NCBI GenBank assembly: GCA_033581555.1
Contig: JAVQSZ010000007.1
Span: 10,106-74,105, forward strand
Reading direction: 5' to 3'
DNA from: Nitrososphaerota archaeon
GTDB taxonomy: Archaea > Thermoproteota > Nitrososphaeria_A > Caldarchaeales > Calditenuaceae
Length of the DNA: 64,000 nucleotides
Below, in pieces: positions 38,274-47,458 of this stretch. The notes under the pieces are model-generated. The model did no database searches and was not told where the DNA came from. It saw only the letters and a program-made list of their open reading frames with translations. Position 1 is the first letter of the stretch; each line of letters opens with the position of its first letter. The position numbers and the translations under genes were made by a program.

Positions 38274-38495
38274 ATGTTCGGAGGTCAAAGGGAAGAGCTT
38301 CCCAAGCAGGTCGCGGTGCCCGTGACCGTGATGAGGTGCGAGGCCTGCGGGACCTTCCACTCCAGGCCCCACCAGGTCCAGGACTACGTCTTCAAGAGGC
38401 TGAAGTCCTTCTGCCCGAAGTGCAACTCCGAGACCGAGATGCTGATCGTGAGCATTCACGTCGAGGAGAAGAAGCCGCAGCAGCAGACTGCCTGA
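38274..38495 (+). CDS. Small zinc-ribbon protein (CxxC...CxxC), function unknown
   Basis: 73 aa. MRCEACGTFHSRPH...FCPKCNSETEM. Confidence 0.4.
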   Translation: MFGGQREELPKQVAVPVTVMRCEACGTFHSRPHQVQDYVFKRLKSFCPKCNSETEMLIVSIHVEEKKPQQQTA

Positions 38496-38510
38496 AGGCC
38501 CCAGGACTCC

Positions 38511-39401
38511 TCACGTGATGACCTCTGCTCCGTCCTCCCACACGACGACCGTGTGCTCGGCCTGCGCGACCGGGGCGCCCGACCTCTCGACGAGGACCGC
38601 GTACCCGTGAACGTAACCTCTCCTGTAGAGCGATCCGTGCAGCTCCAGGTCGATGTCCTTGAACCACCTGACCGCGTATGGCAGACCTCCTGTCGCCTCG
38701 TGGATCCTGAGGAGGAGCTCCCTCTGCTCCTTCGCGAGCCTCCCTGCCCTCTCGACCGAGGTCCTCGGGACCCTGAAGATCTCGACCGAGTCCGAGTCGA
38801 CGACCCTTCCGGACGCGTCGGACCTCGTGACGAAGGGTTCGATCGCGTAGACCTTCCCCCTCTCCAGCCTCCCCTCGCCGGCCCTGACGTTAGGTATCGA
38901 GAGGCCCGCGTGGAGGTCGTACCGCTCGATCTGGTGTCCGGAGAGGTTGCTGATCGGCCTGTAGCCCAACGACGTTATCGCGTCCCCGATCGCGCCCCCC
39001 ACCACAGAGACTGGGACTCCGGCCCTCGCGGCCTTTAGGGCCGCCTGCAGGGCCCTCTCCGCGGCGATCATCATCACTTCGTCCGAGCCCGGGAGCGGTA
39101 CGGTCACCGCGGTGTCGGCGATGTAGCCGTCCATCGAGACGCCCAGGTCCACCTTGACCAGCGAGCCCCTCCTGAGGACGTAGTCCGTGACCGGACTCGG
39201 GGTAGAGTGGGCTGCGACCGCGTCGACGCCGACGTTGCACGGGAACGCCGGTTTTCCTCCCAGCTCGACGATCCTCGACTCGACCCACTCGGCGACCTCC
39301 AGCGCGCTGACGCCCTCCTTGACCCTGGACCTCACCTCCTCCCTCACCCTCCTCGCGATCTCGCCTGCAGACCTGAGCAGCTCGTACCGTTCCTCGTCCA
39401 T
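38511..39401 (-). CDS. map: Methionine aminopeptidase, type 2 (archaeal)
   Basis: 296 aa pita-bread fold with the archaeal MetAP-2 pattern (YAIEPFVT..., metal-binding His/Glu/Asp positions). Confidence 0.8.
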   Translation of the reverse strand: MDEERYELLRSAGEIARRVREEVRSRVKEGVSALEVAEWVESRIVELGGKPAFPCNVGVDAVAAHSTPSPVTDYVLRRGSLVKVDLGVSMDGYIADTAVTVPLPGSDEVMMIAAERALQAALKAARAGVPVSVVGGAIGDAITSLGYRPISNLSGHQIERYDLHAGLSIPNVRAGEGRLERGKVYAIEPFVTRSDASGRVVDSDSVEIFRVPRTSVERAGRLAKEQRELLLRIHEATGGLPYAVRWFKDIDLELHGSLYRRGYVHGYAVLVERSGAPVAQAEHTVVVWEDGAEVIT

Positions 39402-39414
39402 GACTCCGGTTAGC

Positions 39415-39579
39415 TCACCTGCGTGCGATCTCCCTCTTCTTCCACCTCAGGTTGTAGCTCCTGCACTTCCTGCACTTCTCAGCGCTCGCCGGGTTCCTCG
39501 AGCCGCACTTCCTGCAGATCTTGTAGTGGAGCCTCTTCCTCTGGGCCAGCTGTATCAGCGTCGCGTCGAGGACGGGCAT
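39415..39579 (-). CDS. rpl40e: 50S ribosomal protein L40e
   Basis: Not in the ORF track (54 aa). MPVLDATLIQLAQRKRLHYKICRKCGSRNPASAEKCRKCRSYNLRWKKREIARR shows the L40e zinc-ribbon pattern. An AT-rich TATA-like element lies about 30 nt upstream. Confidence 0.75.
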   Translation of the reverse strand: MPVLDATLIQLAQRKRLHYKICRKCGSRNPASAEKCRKCRSYNLRWKKREIARR

Positions 39580-39614
39580 GCCTTCCCGTCACCCGCCTGG
39601 CCCTCAATTAATGC

Positions 39615-40703
39615 CTATTCCGGCTCCTCGAAGACCCAGCTGAGGTCCGGGCCCTTCCTGCCCTCGGGGACCCTCTCGGCGAGCGCGTGGGCGATCAGCG
39701 GGAGGGCGATCGTCGCGTCGGCGAAGCACTGGACCTTGTGGCTGTCCCTCGACTCCTTTCCCCAGCTCACCGCCTCCTCCAACGTCGCCCCGGAGAGCCC
39801 TCCCCAGTGAGGGCTGTCGGTGGTCACCTGCATCGCGAACCTGTGCGGTCTGGTCTTCGTCAGGTCGCCGCTGGTCAGCACGTCGACCGAGACCGCGACC
39901 AGCTGAATGATGTCCTTTGGGACTCCGCCTCCGATGAAGACCGCAGCGCCGTCCCTGAACTTCGACCTGATCATCACCATCTGCTCGAAGTCCCTGAAGT
40001 GGTCGATCAGTAGCCTGAAGGACCTGTCCCTCCACCTGTTGATGAGGTACGCGACGCCGTAACCGCTGTCGACCAGGGCCGGGACGAAGACCGGGACGCC
40101 GGACCTGTACGCGGACGCGAGTATCCCGTCTATTCCCCTCCCGTCGAGCCAGCGGCCGAAGAGGTGGAGGAACTGGGCGGAGCTGTAGGTCCTGGACCTG
40201 TCGACCTCTCGCATGAACTCCGCGATCTCCTCCTCCATCCTGAGGTAGTCGTCCTCCCTGACAAGGACGTCGTGGAACCTGTAGATCCTCTGGGACCTCA
40301 GCTCGGCGTCGTCGAGCCATGGGGACCCCTGCCAGTACCTCATCCCCATCGCCTCGATCAGGTCCTCGGAGACGTTCGCGCCAGTCGAGACCAGCACGTC
40401 GACGAACCTCCTCTCTATCAGCCACTTGACGATCTTCCACTGGCCGGTCGTGCTCATCGACCCTGCTAAGCCCATGAAGATCACCGTGTCCTCGGCCCTG
40501 ATCGCCCTCTCCCAGACCCTCACGGCCTCGCCGAGCGTCCTGCCCTGGAACCCGGTCCCCGACATCTCCTCGAGGACCTCGGAGACGCGCTTCCCCGCGC
40601 TCACCTCGATCGGCCTGAGGGGGCGACTGAGCAAGCCCTCGCGCACCTTTTCGGCACCTTGCGGATCGATTCGGCCAGTCCACTCATAAGGGTTAAGCTG
40701 CAC
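39615..40703 (-). CDS. dys: Deoxyhypusine synthase
   Basis: 362 aa. GLAGSMSTTGQWKIVKWLIERRFVDVLVSTGANVSEDLIEAM matches the DHS NAD-binding region. Confidence 0.8.
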   Translation of the reverse strand: MQLNPYEWTGRIDPQGAEKVREGLLSRPLRPIEVSAGKRVSEVLEEMSGTGFQGRTLGEAVRVWERAIRAEDTVIFMGLAGSMSTTGQWKIVKWLIERRFVDVLVSTGANVSEDLIEAMGMRYWQGSPWLDDAELRSQRIYRFHDVLVREDDYLRMEEEIAEFMREVDRSRTYSSAQFLHLFGRWLDGRGIDGILASAYRSGVPVFVPALVDSGYGVAYLINRWRDRSFRLLIDHFRDFEQMVMIRSKFRDGAAVFIGGGVPKDIIQLVAVSVDVLTSGDLTKTRPHRFAMQVTTDSPHWGGLSGATLEEAVSWGKESRDSHKVQCFADATIALPLIAHALAERVPEGRKGPDLSWVFEEPE

Positions 40704-40817
40704 CCGAAACCGTGATTACCCCCTCTCGCGCCAATTCAGTCCAAAACGAGATTTCAGTTCCGTAGACCGACTCCATGAGCCAATCTTGATAAGCACCTTC
40801 TGGTCTGTAGCGCCGGA

Positions 40818-43007
40818 ATGAACGAGGAGCAGCAGCCGGTGAAGGAGCTGAGGTTGCGGGTCGCGGAGGCGCGCCAGAGGGACGTCGGATACGGAATAGC
40901 CAGGATCGACAGAGAGGTAGGGTCATCTGCAGGTCTAGCGACTGGTGACATAATAGAGATACGTGGCAGGAAGCTCGCTGCTGCGACGCTCTGGCTCGGC
41001 TACTTGGAGGAGGAGAAGGACGTCGTGAGGATCGACGGCTACATCAGGAGCAACGCGGGCGTCTCGCTAAACGAGTACGTCATCGTGAGGAAGGCCAACG
41101 TTAAGGAGGCCCAGCTCGTGGTCCTCGCGCCCGTGAACAACACCATCAAGCCCGACGAGAACTTCATAAAGCTCGTCAAGAGCAGGCTGATCGAGTACCC
41201 GCTGGTCCAGAAGAACGTCATCCCCGTCCTCTTCTTCGGGAACCTCTTCAACTTCGCGGTCCTCCAGACCAGGCCGACCGGGATAGTCAAGATCACTCCG
41301 AAGACCAAGATCGTCATCCACAGCAGGCCAGTCCAGGAGAAGACTCTCAGCACCAACGTCACCTACGAGGACATCGGCGGCCTCCATGAGCAGATCCAGA
41401 AGATCAGGGAGATGGTCGAGCTCCCGCTTAGGTACCCTGAGCTCTTCCAGAAGCTCGGAATAGACCCGCCGAAGGGCGTGCTGCTCTACGGCCCGCCCGG
41501 CTGCGGTAAGACGCTCCTCGCGAAGGCGGTCGCCACAGAGGCAGAGGCCAACTTCTTCCTCATCAACGGCCCTGAGATCATGAACAAGTACTACGGCGAG
41601 ACCGAGGCGAAGCTCAGGGAGGTCTTCAGGAAGGCCGAAGAGGAGGCCCCGAGCATCATCTTCATCGACGAGCTCGACGCGATCGCCCCGAAGAGGAGCG
41701 AGGTCACCGGGGAGGTCGAGAAGAGGGTCGTGGCCCAGCTGCTGGCCCTAATGGACGGCCTCGAGGGCAGGGGCCAGGTGATCGTGATAGGCGCGACGAA
41801 CAGGCCCAACGCGCTGGACCCGGCCCTGAGGAGGCCCGGGAGGTTTGACAGGGAGATCGAGATCGGGATACCGGACAAGCGCGGCCGGAAGGAGATCCTC
41901 CAGATCCACACCAGGGGGATGCCTCTGGCCCCGGACGTCGACGTCGACAAGCTCGCGGACGTGACGAAGGGTTACACCGGCGCGGACCTCGCGGCCCTCT
42001 GCAGGGAGGCGGCCATGAAGTGCATCAGGAGGATCCTCCCGAGCATCGACTTCAACGAGGAGCGCCTCTCCCCGGAGATCCTGGACCAGCTGGTCGTCAC
42101 GATGAAGGACTTCATGGACGCCTACAGGGAGATCACTCCGACCGCGCTGAGGGAGGTCGAGATCGAGACCCCGATGGTCCGGTGGGACGACATCGGAGGC
42201 CTCGAGGACGTCAAGCAGAGGCTGATCGAGTCGATCGAGTGGCCGATCAAGTACGCTGACAAGTTCGAGAGGTTGGGCATCAAGCCCCCGAGGGGCGTGC
42301 TGCTCTACGGCCCGCCCGGCTGCGGTAAGACGCTCCTCGCGAAGGCGGTCGCTACAGAGGCAGAGGCCAACTTCGTCACGATCAAGGGCCCGGAGATCTA
42401 CTCGAAGTGGGTCGGCGAGTCGGAGAGGGCCGTGAGGGAGGTCTTCAGGAAGGCGAGGCAGGCGGCGCCATGTGTCGTCTTCCTCGACGAGGTCGAGACC
42501 CTGATACCGAGGAGGGACATGCTGGACGACAGCTCCGGCGTCACCCACAGGGTCACCAGCACGCTGCTCGCGGAGATGGACGGGATCGAGGAGCTCAGGG
42601 ACGTCATAATCATCGGGGCCACGAACAGGCCGGACCTGCTAGACCCGTCGGCCCTGAGGCCAGGCAGGTTCGACAGGCTGATCTACGTCCCGCCGCCCGA
42701 CGAGAGGGGCAGGCATCAAATCCTGAAGATCTACACGAAGAGGATGCAGCTGGCGCCCGACGTGGACCTAGAGAGGCTTGCGGCGATGACCGAGGGCTAC
42801 TCCGGTGCCGACATCGAGGCGCTCTGCAGGGAGGCTGGCCTCAACGCCCTGAGGAGGAATCCGGACACAGAGTACGTCACCTGGACCGACTTCCAGGAGG
42901 CGCTGAAGCTCGTGAGGCCGAGCATCACGCCCCAGACGCTCAAGGAGTACGAGAAGATTTCCGAGGTGCTGAGGGCCTCGGACAGGCCGCTGCCGATGTT
43001 CGGTTAG
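40818..43007 (+). CDS. cdc48: AAA+ ATPase Cdc48/VCP (CDC48 N domain + D1 + D2)
   Basis: 729 aa with two Walker A GPPGCGKTL boxes, two Walker B/SRH regions and a double-psi barrel N domain. Confidence 0.95.
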   Translation: MNEEQQPVKELRLRVAEARQRDVGYGIARIDREVGSSAGLATGDIIEIRGRKLAAATLWLGYLEEEKDVVRIDGYIRSNAGVSLNEYVIVRKANVKEAQLVVLAPVNNTIKPDENFIKLVKSRLIEYPLVQKNVIPVLFFGNLFNFAVLQTRPTGIVKITPKTKIVIHSRPVQEKTLSTNVTYEDIGGLHEQIQKIREMVELPLRYPELFQKLGIDPPKGVLLYGPPGCGKTLLAKAVATEAEANFFLINGPEIMNKYYGETEAKLREVFRKAEEEAPSIIFIDELDAIAPKRSEVTGEVEKRVVAQLLALMDGLEGRGQVIVIGATNRPNALDPALRRPGRFDREIEIGIPDKRGRKEILQIHTRGMPLAPDVDVDKLADVTKGYTGADLAALCREAAMKCIRRILPSIDFNEERLSPEILDQLVVTMKDFMDAYREITPTALREVEIETPMVRWDDIGGLEDVKQRLIESIEWPIKYADKFERLGIKPPRGVLLYGPPGCGKTLLAKAVATEAEANFVTIKGPEIYSKWVGESERAVREVFRKARQAAPCVVFLDEVETLIPRRDMLDDSSGVTHRVTSTLLAEMDGIEELRDVIIIGATNRPDLLDPSALRPGRFDRLIYVPPPDERGRHQILKIYTKRMQLAPDVDLERLAAMTEGYSGADIEALCREAGLNALRRNPDTEYVTWTDFQEALKLVRPSITPQTLKEYEKISEVLRASDRPLPMFG

Positions 43008-43012
43008 AGGTC

Positions 43013-43234
43013 ATGGGGAGGACGGAGCTTATCCAAGCGGTTCTGGACGTCCTTAAGAGGAACAGCGGGAAGATGATGGAGTCGAGCCTGCTGAAGTCGC
43101 TCCAGAGCAGGTACAAGGACGTCACGCTCTCCGAGCTGAGGAAGGCCCTGCTCGTGATGGAGCTGAACGGGGTCATCAGGGTCCACAGCCTCGACGAGGA
43201 GCGGAAGCTCATCAGCGTCGTGGGCGTCAAGTGA
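43013..43234 (+). CDS. Small hypothetical protein (73 aa, possible winged-helix) immediately downstream of cdc48
   Basis: ATG 6 nt after the cdc48 stop. MGRTELIQAVLDVLKRNSGKMMESSLLKSLQSRYKDVTLSELRKALLVMELNGVIRV. The upstream part of the ORF-track frame (42407..) is an out-of-frame artefact inside cdc48. Confidence 0.4.
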   Translation: MGRTELIQAVLDVLKRNSGKMMESSLLKSLQSRYKDVTLSELRKALLVMELNGVIRVHSLDEERKLISVVGVK

Positions 43235-43236
43235 GT

Positions 43237-44271
43237 TCAGTACCACTGGTCCAGGCTCGTTATCCCCGAGATCCTCCTCTGCTGCTCCAAGAGCTCCTTC
43301 AGCGCCTTCTCCACCCTATCCTCACTGAAGTCGTGCTCGTCGCAGAGGACCCGCTTCACCCGCTCCGGGTCCAAGGGCCTCCACTCGAGCTTGACGTCGT
43401 GGGTCACAGCCGGCTCCAGGAAGAGCCTTCTGACCTCACCTATGTCCACCGGGGGCTCCACCTTGAGGTGCCTTAGAGCCGCCTCCGCGGTCCCGTGCTC
43501 CCTGATCAGCTGCAGGGCCCTCTTCGGACCGACGCCTTTGACGCCCTCGAAGTAGTCGGTGCCGATGAGTATCGCGACGTCGATCAGCTGCTGCCTCGTG
43601 ACGTTGAGGGCGCTGAAGAGCCGCTCTGCGTAGACTACCTCCGGCCTCACCTCGACGTACTCCCTCCTCCCAGGCAGCTTCCTCCTCCCGATGACCGAGA
43701 GGTTCCTGACGAGCCTCGGCGACCCGAAGAGTATCGAGTCGTAGTCCTGCGAGGCCGACCCCCAGACCCTGCCACTTCTAGCCATGTGGGCCGCCTGAGC
43801 CTCCCCCTCCGAGGGCGCGAAGACGTAGGGCACGCCCATCGCGTCCAGCAGCCTGGTCGCGGACTCAAGCATGTACCTCTCGAGGGTCGCGGTCTGCGCG
43901 GCGTACTTCCTCGCGGCCTCCAGGTCGCCGGACTTCAGGGCCTCTTCGTACTTCGCGGCCGCCTCCCTTTTCGCCTCGAGCCTCTTCCTGATCGTCTCGA
44001 GCTTCTGCTGGGGCGGCTCGCCGTCGAAGACGTATACGACCTTTGCCCCCACCTCGAGCAGGTTCACGGTCCTGAAGAAGAGGCCGCTGAGGTGGCTGGT
44101 GACCCGGCCCTTCGAGTCCATCAGTGGCCTCCCGTCGGGTCCCCTGATGATCGAGAGGAACTGGTAGAGGGTGTTGTACCCGTCGATCGCGATCGACTTC
44201 CCCCTGAAGAACTCCAGCTCGACCTCCTCGACCGCCTCAGGAGGGATGATGTCCCCCAGCTTGACCCCCAA
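43237..44271 (-). CDS. fen: Flap endonuclease FEN-1
   Basis: MGVKLGDII...SIAIDGYNTLYQFL XPG-N domain, XPG-I domain, and a C-terminal PIP-like end (QRRISGITSLDQWY). Confidence 0.92.
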   Translation of the reverse strand: MGVKLGDIIPPEAVEEVELEFFRGKSIAIDGYNTLYQFLSIIRGPDGRPLMDSKGRVTSHLSGLFFRTVNLLEVGAKVVYVFDGEPPQQKLETIRKRLEAKREAAAKYEEALKSGDLEAARKYAAQTATLERYMLESATRLLDAMGVPYVFAPSEGEAQAAHMARSGRVWGSASQDYDSILFGSPRLVRNLSVIGRRKLPGRREYVEVRPEVVYAERLFSALNVTRQQLIDVAILIGTDYFEGVKGVGPKRALQLIREHGTAEAALRHLKVEPPVDIGEVRRLFLEPAVTHDVKLEWRPLDPERVKRVLCDEHDFSEDRVEKALKELLEQQRRISGITSLDQWY

Positions 44272-44319
44272 CTTCTCCCCCTTCTCCTGCCCGAGCCCCG
44301 CGATAACGGTTTCCTCCGC

Positions 44320-44754
44320 TCACCTGAGGGCCCTGAGGTTCGCCTCGAGCTCGACCTCCCTCGCCAGCGTCCTGAGGACCGGGGACCTCCTCAAAGACTC
44401 CGTGAAGACCTCCCGGAGGACGGACTCGTCGGCGTCGGACCTGACGTAGCAGGTCAGCGATATCCTGACGAAGCCCGGGTCGCCCTCGTCGGAGAGCCCC
44501 AGGTACGCGAGCAAGTCCCCGAGCTCGCCCTCCACGGCCACCTCGACGTCCTCGATCATCACGTTCCTCCTCGTCGCCAGATAAACGAACGTCAGGAGGA
44601 GGCATGCGCCCAGCGACCCCAACAGGTACTCCACGGACGTGGGGGTGCTGACGGGCCCGCTAGGGTCCTCGTCGACCTCGAACCTCCCGGCTCCGGCCCG
44701 CACGACCGACCTCATCCCTCCCCTCCACGAGGCCCTCGACCTCCTCGAGTTCAT
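44320..44754 (-). CDS. OsmC/Ohr-family protein
   Basis: The C-terminal 140 aa show the OsmC pattern (…SVEYLLGSLGACLLLTF…). The ORF-track N-terminal 157 aa are low-complexity and overlap the divergent gene region. An internal Met (MNSRRS…) is the likely start. Confidence 0.55.
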   Translation of the reverse strand: MNSRRSRASWRGGMRSVVRAGAGRFEVDEDPSGPVSTPTSVEYLLGSLGACLLLTFVYLATRRNVMIEDVEVAVEGELGDLLAYLGLSDEGDPGFVRISLTCYVRSDADESVLREVFTESLRRSPVLRTLAREVELEANLRALR

Positions 44755-44953
44755 CTGCCTCCTCTTCGCGGGGTCAGCGTACTGCTCCGAGACCAGCCTC
44801 AGGGCCCTCTCCAGCGACTCCACGTTGATCCCGTTGACCTCCACCAACCCAGGGCACGGCCCTTTCTCCCGCACAAAACCCTTCCCGGCTCCTCTCCAAG
44901 AGGCCGGACGACCGGGGAGAACCTTTATCCGGCCTAAGGGCTCGGGGCCGCGG

Positions 44954-45898
44954 ATGAGGAGGAGGGTGCTGCTCAACGCGGGCGAAGAGTGGCCGTCGGA
45001 CCTGATCGCGGAGATCTCGAAGCACGCCGAGGTCGTGAGGTACGGCTCGGCCACGCTCGAGGACCTGAGGGAGGCCGAAGTCTTGGTGACGTTCAACCTC
45101 AACGCCGACGACCTGAAGCTGATGCGGAACCTCAGGCTGATACAGGTCCTCTCCGCGGGCGTCGACCACCTCGACTGGTCCGCAATACCCGAGGACGTGA
45201 CCGTCTGCTCGAACTCCGGCTCCAACGCCGAGCCCGTCGCGGAGCACGCGATCGCGCTCCTCTTAGCTGCGGCGAAGAGGGTCGCCTACTACGACAGCAG
45301 GTGCAGGTCGGGCGACTTCAAGCGGACCGTCAGGACCGTCCTCCTCAGGGGCTCCACCCTTGCCGTACTAGGGCTCGGGCCCATAGGGCTCAGGGTTGCG
45401 GAGATCGCGAAGGCTATGGGCATCTCAGTCAGGGGCTACGCGAGGAGGCGGAGGGAATACCCCTTCGTCGACGAGCTCTTCCTCCACCCGGACGTCAAGG
45501 GGGCGCTCCGGGGCGCCGATGCCGCGGTGATAGCGCTGCCGCTCAACAAGCACACGAGGGGCCTGATCGACTACGCAGCCCTCGGCTCGATGAGGAGGAA
45601 CGGGATCCTGGTGAACGTCGCGAGGGGACCGATAGTCGTGAAGGAGGACCTGATCAGGTTCCTGAGGGAGAACCCTGACTTCGTCTACGCGACCGACGTC
45701 TGGTGGAACTCGCAGGACCTCTCGAAGGACTGGGACGTTGCCTCGCTCCCGAACGTCGTCTCGACGCCGTGGGTCGCCGGGGCCTTCGGGAACCCCGCGG
45801 TCTTCGGTGAGATGGTGAGGCACGCGCTGCTGAACGTCCTCAGGTATTTCAGGGGGGAGGAGCTCCTCAACAAGGTCGAGAGGTCCGACTACGTCTAG
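44954..45898 (+). CDS. D-isomer-specific 2-hydroxyacid dehydrogenase family (NAD-binding)
   Basis: GLGPIGLRVAEIAKAMGISV (GxGxxG) NAD-binding site and a catalytic domain. The likely start is the Met at MRRRVLLNAGEEW (44954). The upstream part of the ORF frame is junk. Confidence 0.7.
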   Translation: MRRRVLLNAGEEWPSDLIAEISKHAEVVRYGSATLEDLREAEVLVTFNLNADDLKLMRNLRLIQVLSAGVDHLDWSAIPEDVTVCSNSGSNAEPVAEHAIALLLAAAKRVAYYDSRCRSGDFKRTVRTVLLRGSTLAVLGLGPIGLRVAEIAKAMGISVRGYARRRREYPFVDELFLHPDVKGALRGADAAVIALPLNKHTRGLIDYAALGSMRRNGILVNVARGPIVVKEDLIRFLRENPDFVYATDVWWNSQDLSKDWDVASLPNVVSTPWVAGAFGNPAVFGEMVRHALLNVLRYFRGEELLNKVERSDYV

Positions 45899-45915
45899 CG
45901 GCCTCCGATCCCGTC

Positions 45916-47121
45916 CTACAGCAGCAGGAGCTCCGGGCTCTCCAGGTACCTCACCACGGTCCTCAGGAACCGGGTCGCGGGCTCCCCGTCGACTACCCTG
46001 TGGTCGAATGTGAGGGAGAGGGGCATCACGTGCCTCGGGACTATCTGGCCCTCGAAGACCCTCGGCATCAGGGATATCCTCCCGGTCCCCAGTATCGCGG
46101 TCTCCGGGTAGTTCGGGATCGGGTTGCCGCTGAGCCCCTCGACCGCGCCGTAGTTCGTGATGCCGATCGTCCCTCCCCTCACGTCCTCCAGCCTCAGGGC
46201 CCTCTTCCTCGCCTTCTCGACCAGCTCCTCGAGCCTCCCGGCCAGCTCGAAGAGGTTCAACGAGTCCGCGCCGTGCAGAATTGGCACGACCAGGCCGTCT
46301 TGAGTATGGACCGCGACGCTCACGTTCACCCTCTTGTGGTATCTGATGACCTGCCTCTCGTCGTCGACGGTCGAGTTCAGCTCGGGGTGCTCCTTGGCCG
46401 CGAGCACCAGCGCCCTCACGAGGAACGGGAGGTAAGTCAGCCTCACGCCCCTCTTCTCCGCGACCTGCTTCAGGGACTCCCTCAGCTCCACGAGCCTCGT
46501 GACGTCGGCCTCGTCGAAGACCGTGACGTAGACCGCGTTCCTCGCTGCCCTGATCAGGTGCTCCGCGACCGCCCTCCTAATGCCCCTGAACGGAACCTCC
46601 TCGTACTCGGCCTCCGCGGTCACCGCAGGAGTCGCCTCGACCTGCACCCTCCTCATCGACTCAGCGTGCCTCCTCACGTCATCCTCGGTTATCCTCCCTC
46701 CAGGGCCGGTGCCCTTCACCTCCTCGATCGGGACGCCGAGCTCCCTCGCGAGCCTCCTGACCATCGGCGATGCCAGGACCTCCCTCTGGGATGGGCGCTC
46801 GGCCCTCTGCTGGACGACCTCCTGGGGCTGGGCGGGGACTTCCGCGGCCCTAGGAATAGGCCTCGGCTCCTCCGCGACCGCGGCTGCGACCTCCTCTATC
46901 ACCGCGATCACCTGACCCACTTTGACGACCTCGCCCTCCCGCGCGAGGATCCTCGTCAACCTCCCCTCGACCGGCGAGGGGACCTCGATGTTCACCTTGA
47001 CCGTCGTGACCTCGACGATCGGCTGGAACTTCCTGACGTGGTCGCCCTCCTTCACCAGCCACCTGACGACCTCGGCCTCGGTCACGCCTTCGCCGATCTC
47101 CGGGAGCTTGACCTCCGCCAA
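45916..47121 (-). CDS. Dihydrolipoamide acyltransferase (E2 component of a 2-oxoacid dehydrogenase complex)
   Basis: N-terminal lipoyl domain (MAEVKLPEIGEGVTEAEVVRWLVKEGD...), a subunit-binding region, and a C-terminal catalytic domain with DHRVVDG. Confidence 0.85.
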   Translation of the reverse strand: MAEVKLPEIGEGVTEAEVVRWLVKEGDHVRKFQPIVEVTTVKVNIEVPSPVEGRLTRILAREGEVVKVGQVIAVIEEVAAAVAEEPRPIPRAAEVPAQPQEVVQQRAERPSQREVLASPMVRRLARELGVPIEEVKGTGPGGRITEDDVRRHAESMRRVQVEATPAVTAEAEYEEVPFRGIRRAVAEHLIRAARNAVYVTVFDEADVTRLVELRESLKQVAEKRGVRLTYLPFLVRALVLAAKEHPELNSTVDDERQVIRYHKRVNVSVAVHTQDGLVVPILHGADSLNLFELAGRLEELVEKARKRALRLEDVRGGTIGITNYGAVEGLSGNPIPNYPETAILGTGRISLMPRVFEGQIVPRHVMPLSLTFDHRVVDGEPATRFLRTVVRYLESPELLLL

Positions 47122-47259
47122 CTCACGACTTGGGAGCCCGCCCTGCAGAAAACCTTTCCCCGCCGACTGCAGCCGACATGCTCCACCACATCGGGTGCTC
47201 GTCGACGTCGGGGTCCTCGGTGAGAGCGGACTCAGAGGCGTCGAGTGGCCGAACCCACG

Positions 47260-47363
47260 CGGGCCCGGCGGGATTTGAACCCGCGACCTCTCCCGGGGAA
47301 CGGACCGACCTCGTCCCCAACCGGTTAAGAGCCGGCCGCTCTACCTGACTGAGCTACGGGCCC
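47260..47363 (-). tRNA. tRNA, probably Lys (CTT), carrying an approximately 30-nt insertion between the anticodon arm and T-arm (non-canonical intron)
   Basis: Read on the minus strand: acceptor gggcccg/cgggccc, D-arm gctc-agtcaggta-gagc, intact anticodon arm gccgg-ctCTTaa-ccggt, then an extra ggggacgaggtcggtccgttcccc hairpin before T-arm gcggg-ttcaaat-cccgc. Confidence 0.5.
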
Positions 47364-47458
47364 TCGGGCACTACCGAGCCCAGCCGGTATATTTGGGTGA
47401 TCGGGCTCCATCGACCTCTCAACGGACCTGCCTCGTTCGACGTGCGTCTTAACATAGA

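Noticed and set aside
42407-43012. N-terminal 200 codons of ORF 42407..43234, overlapping cdc48
   Set aside because: Out-of-frame read-through inside cdc48 (R/G-rich). Only the last 73 codons after the cdc48 stop look like a gene.
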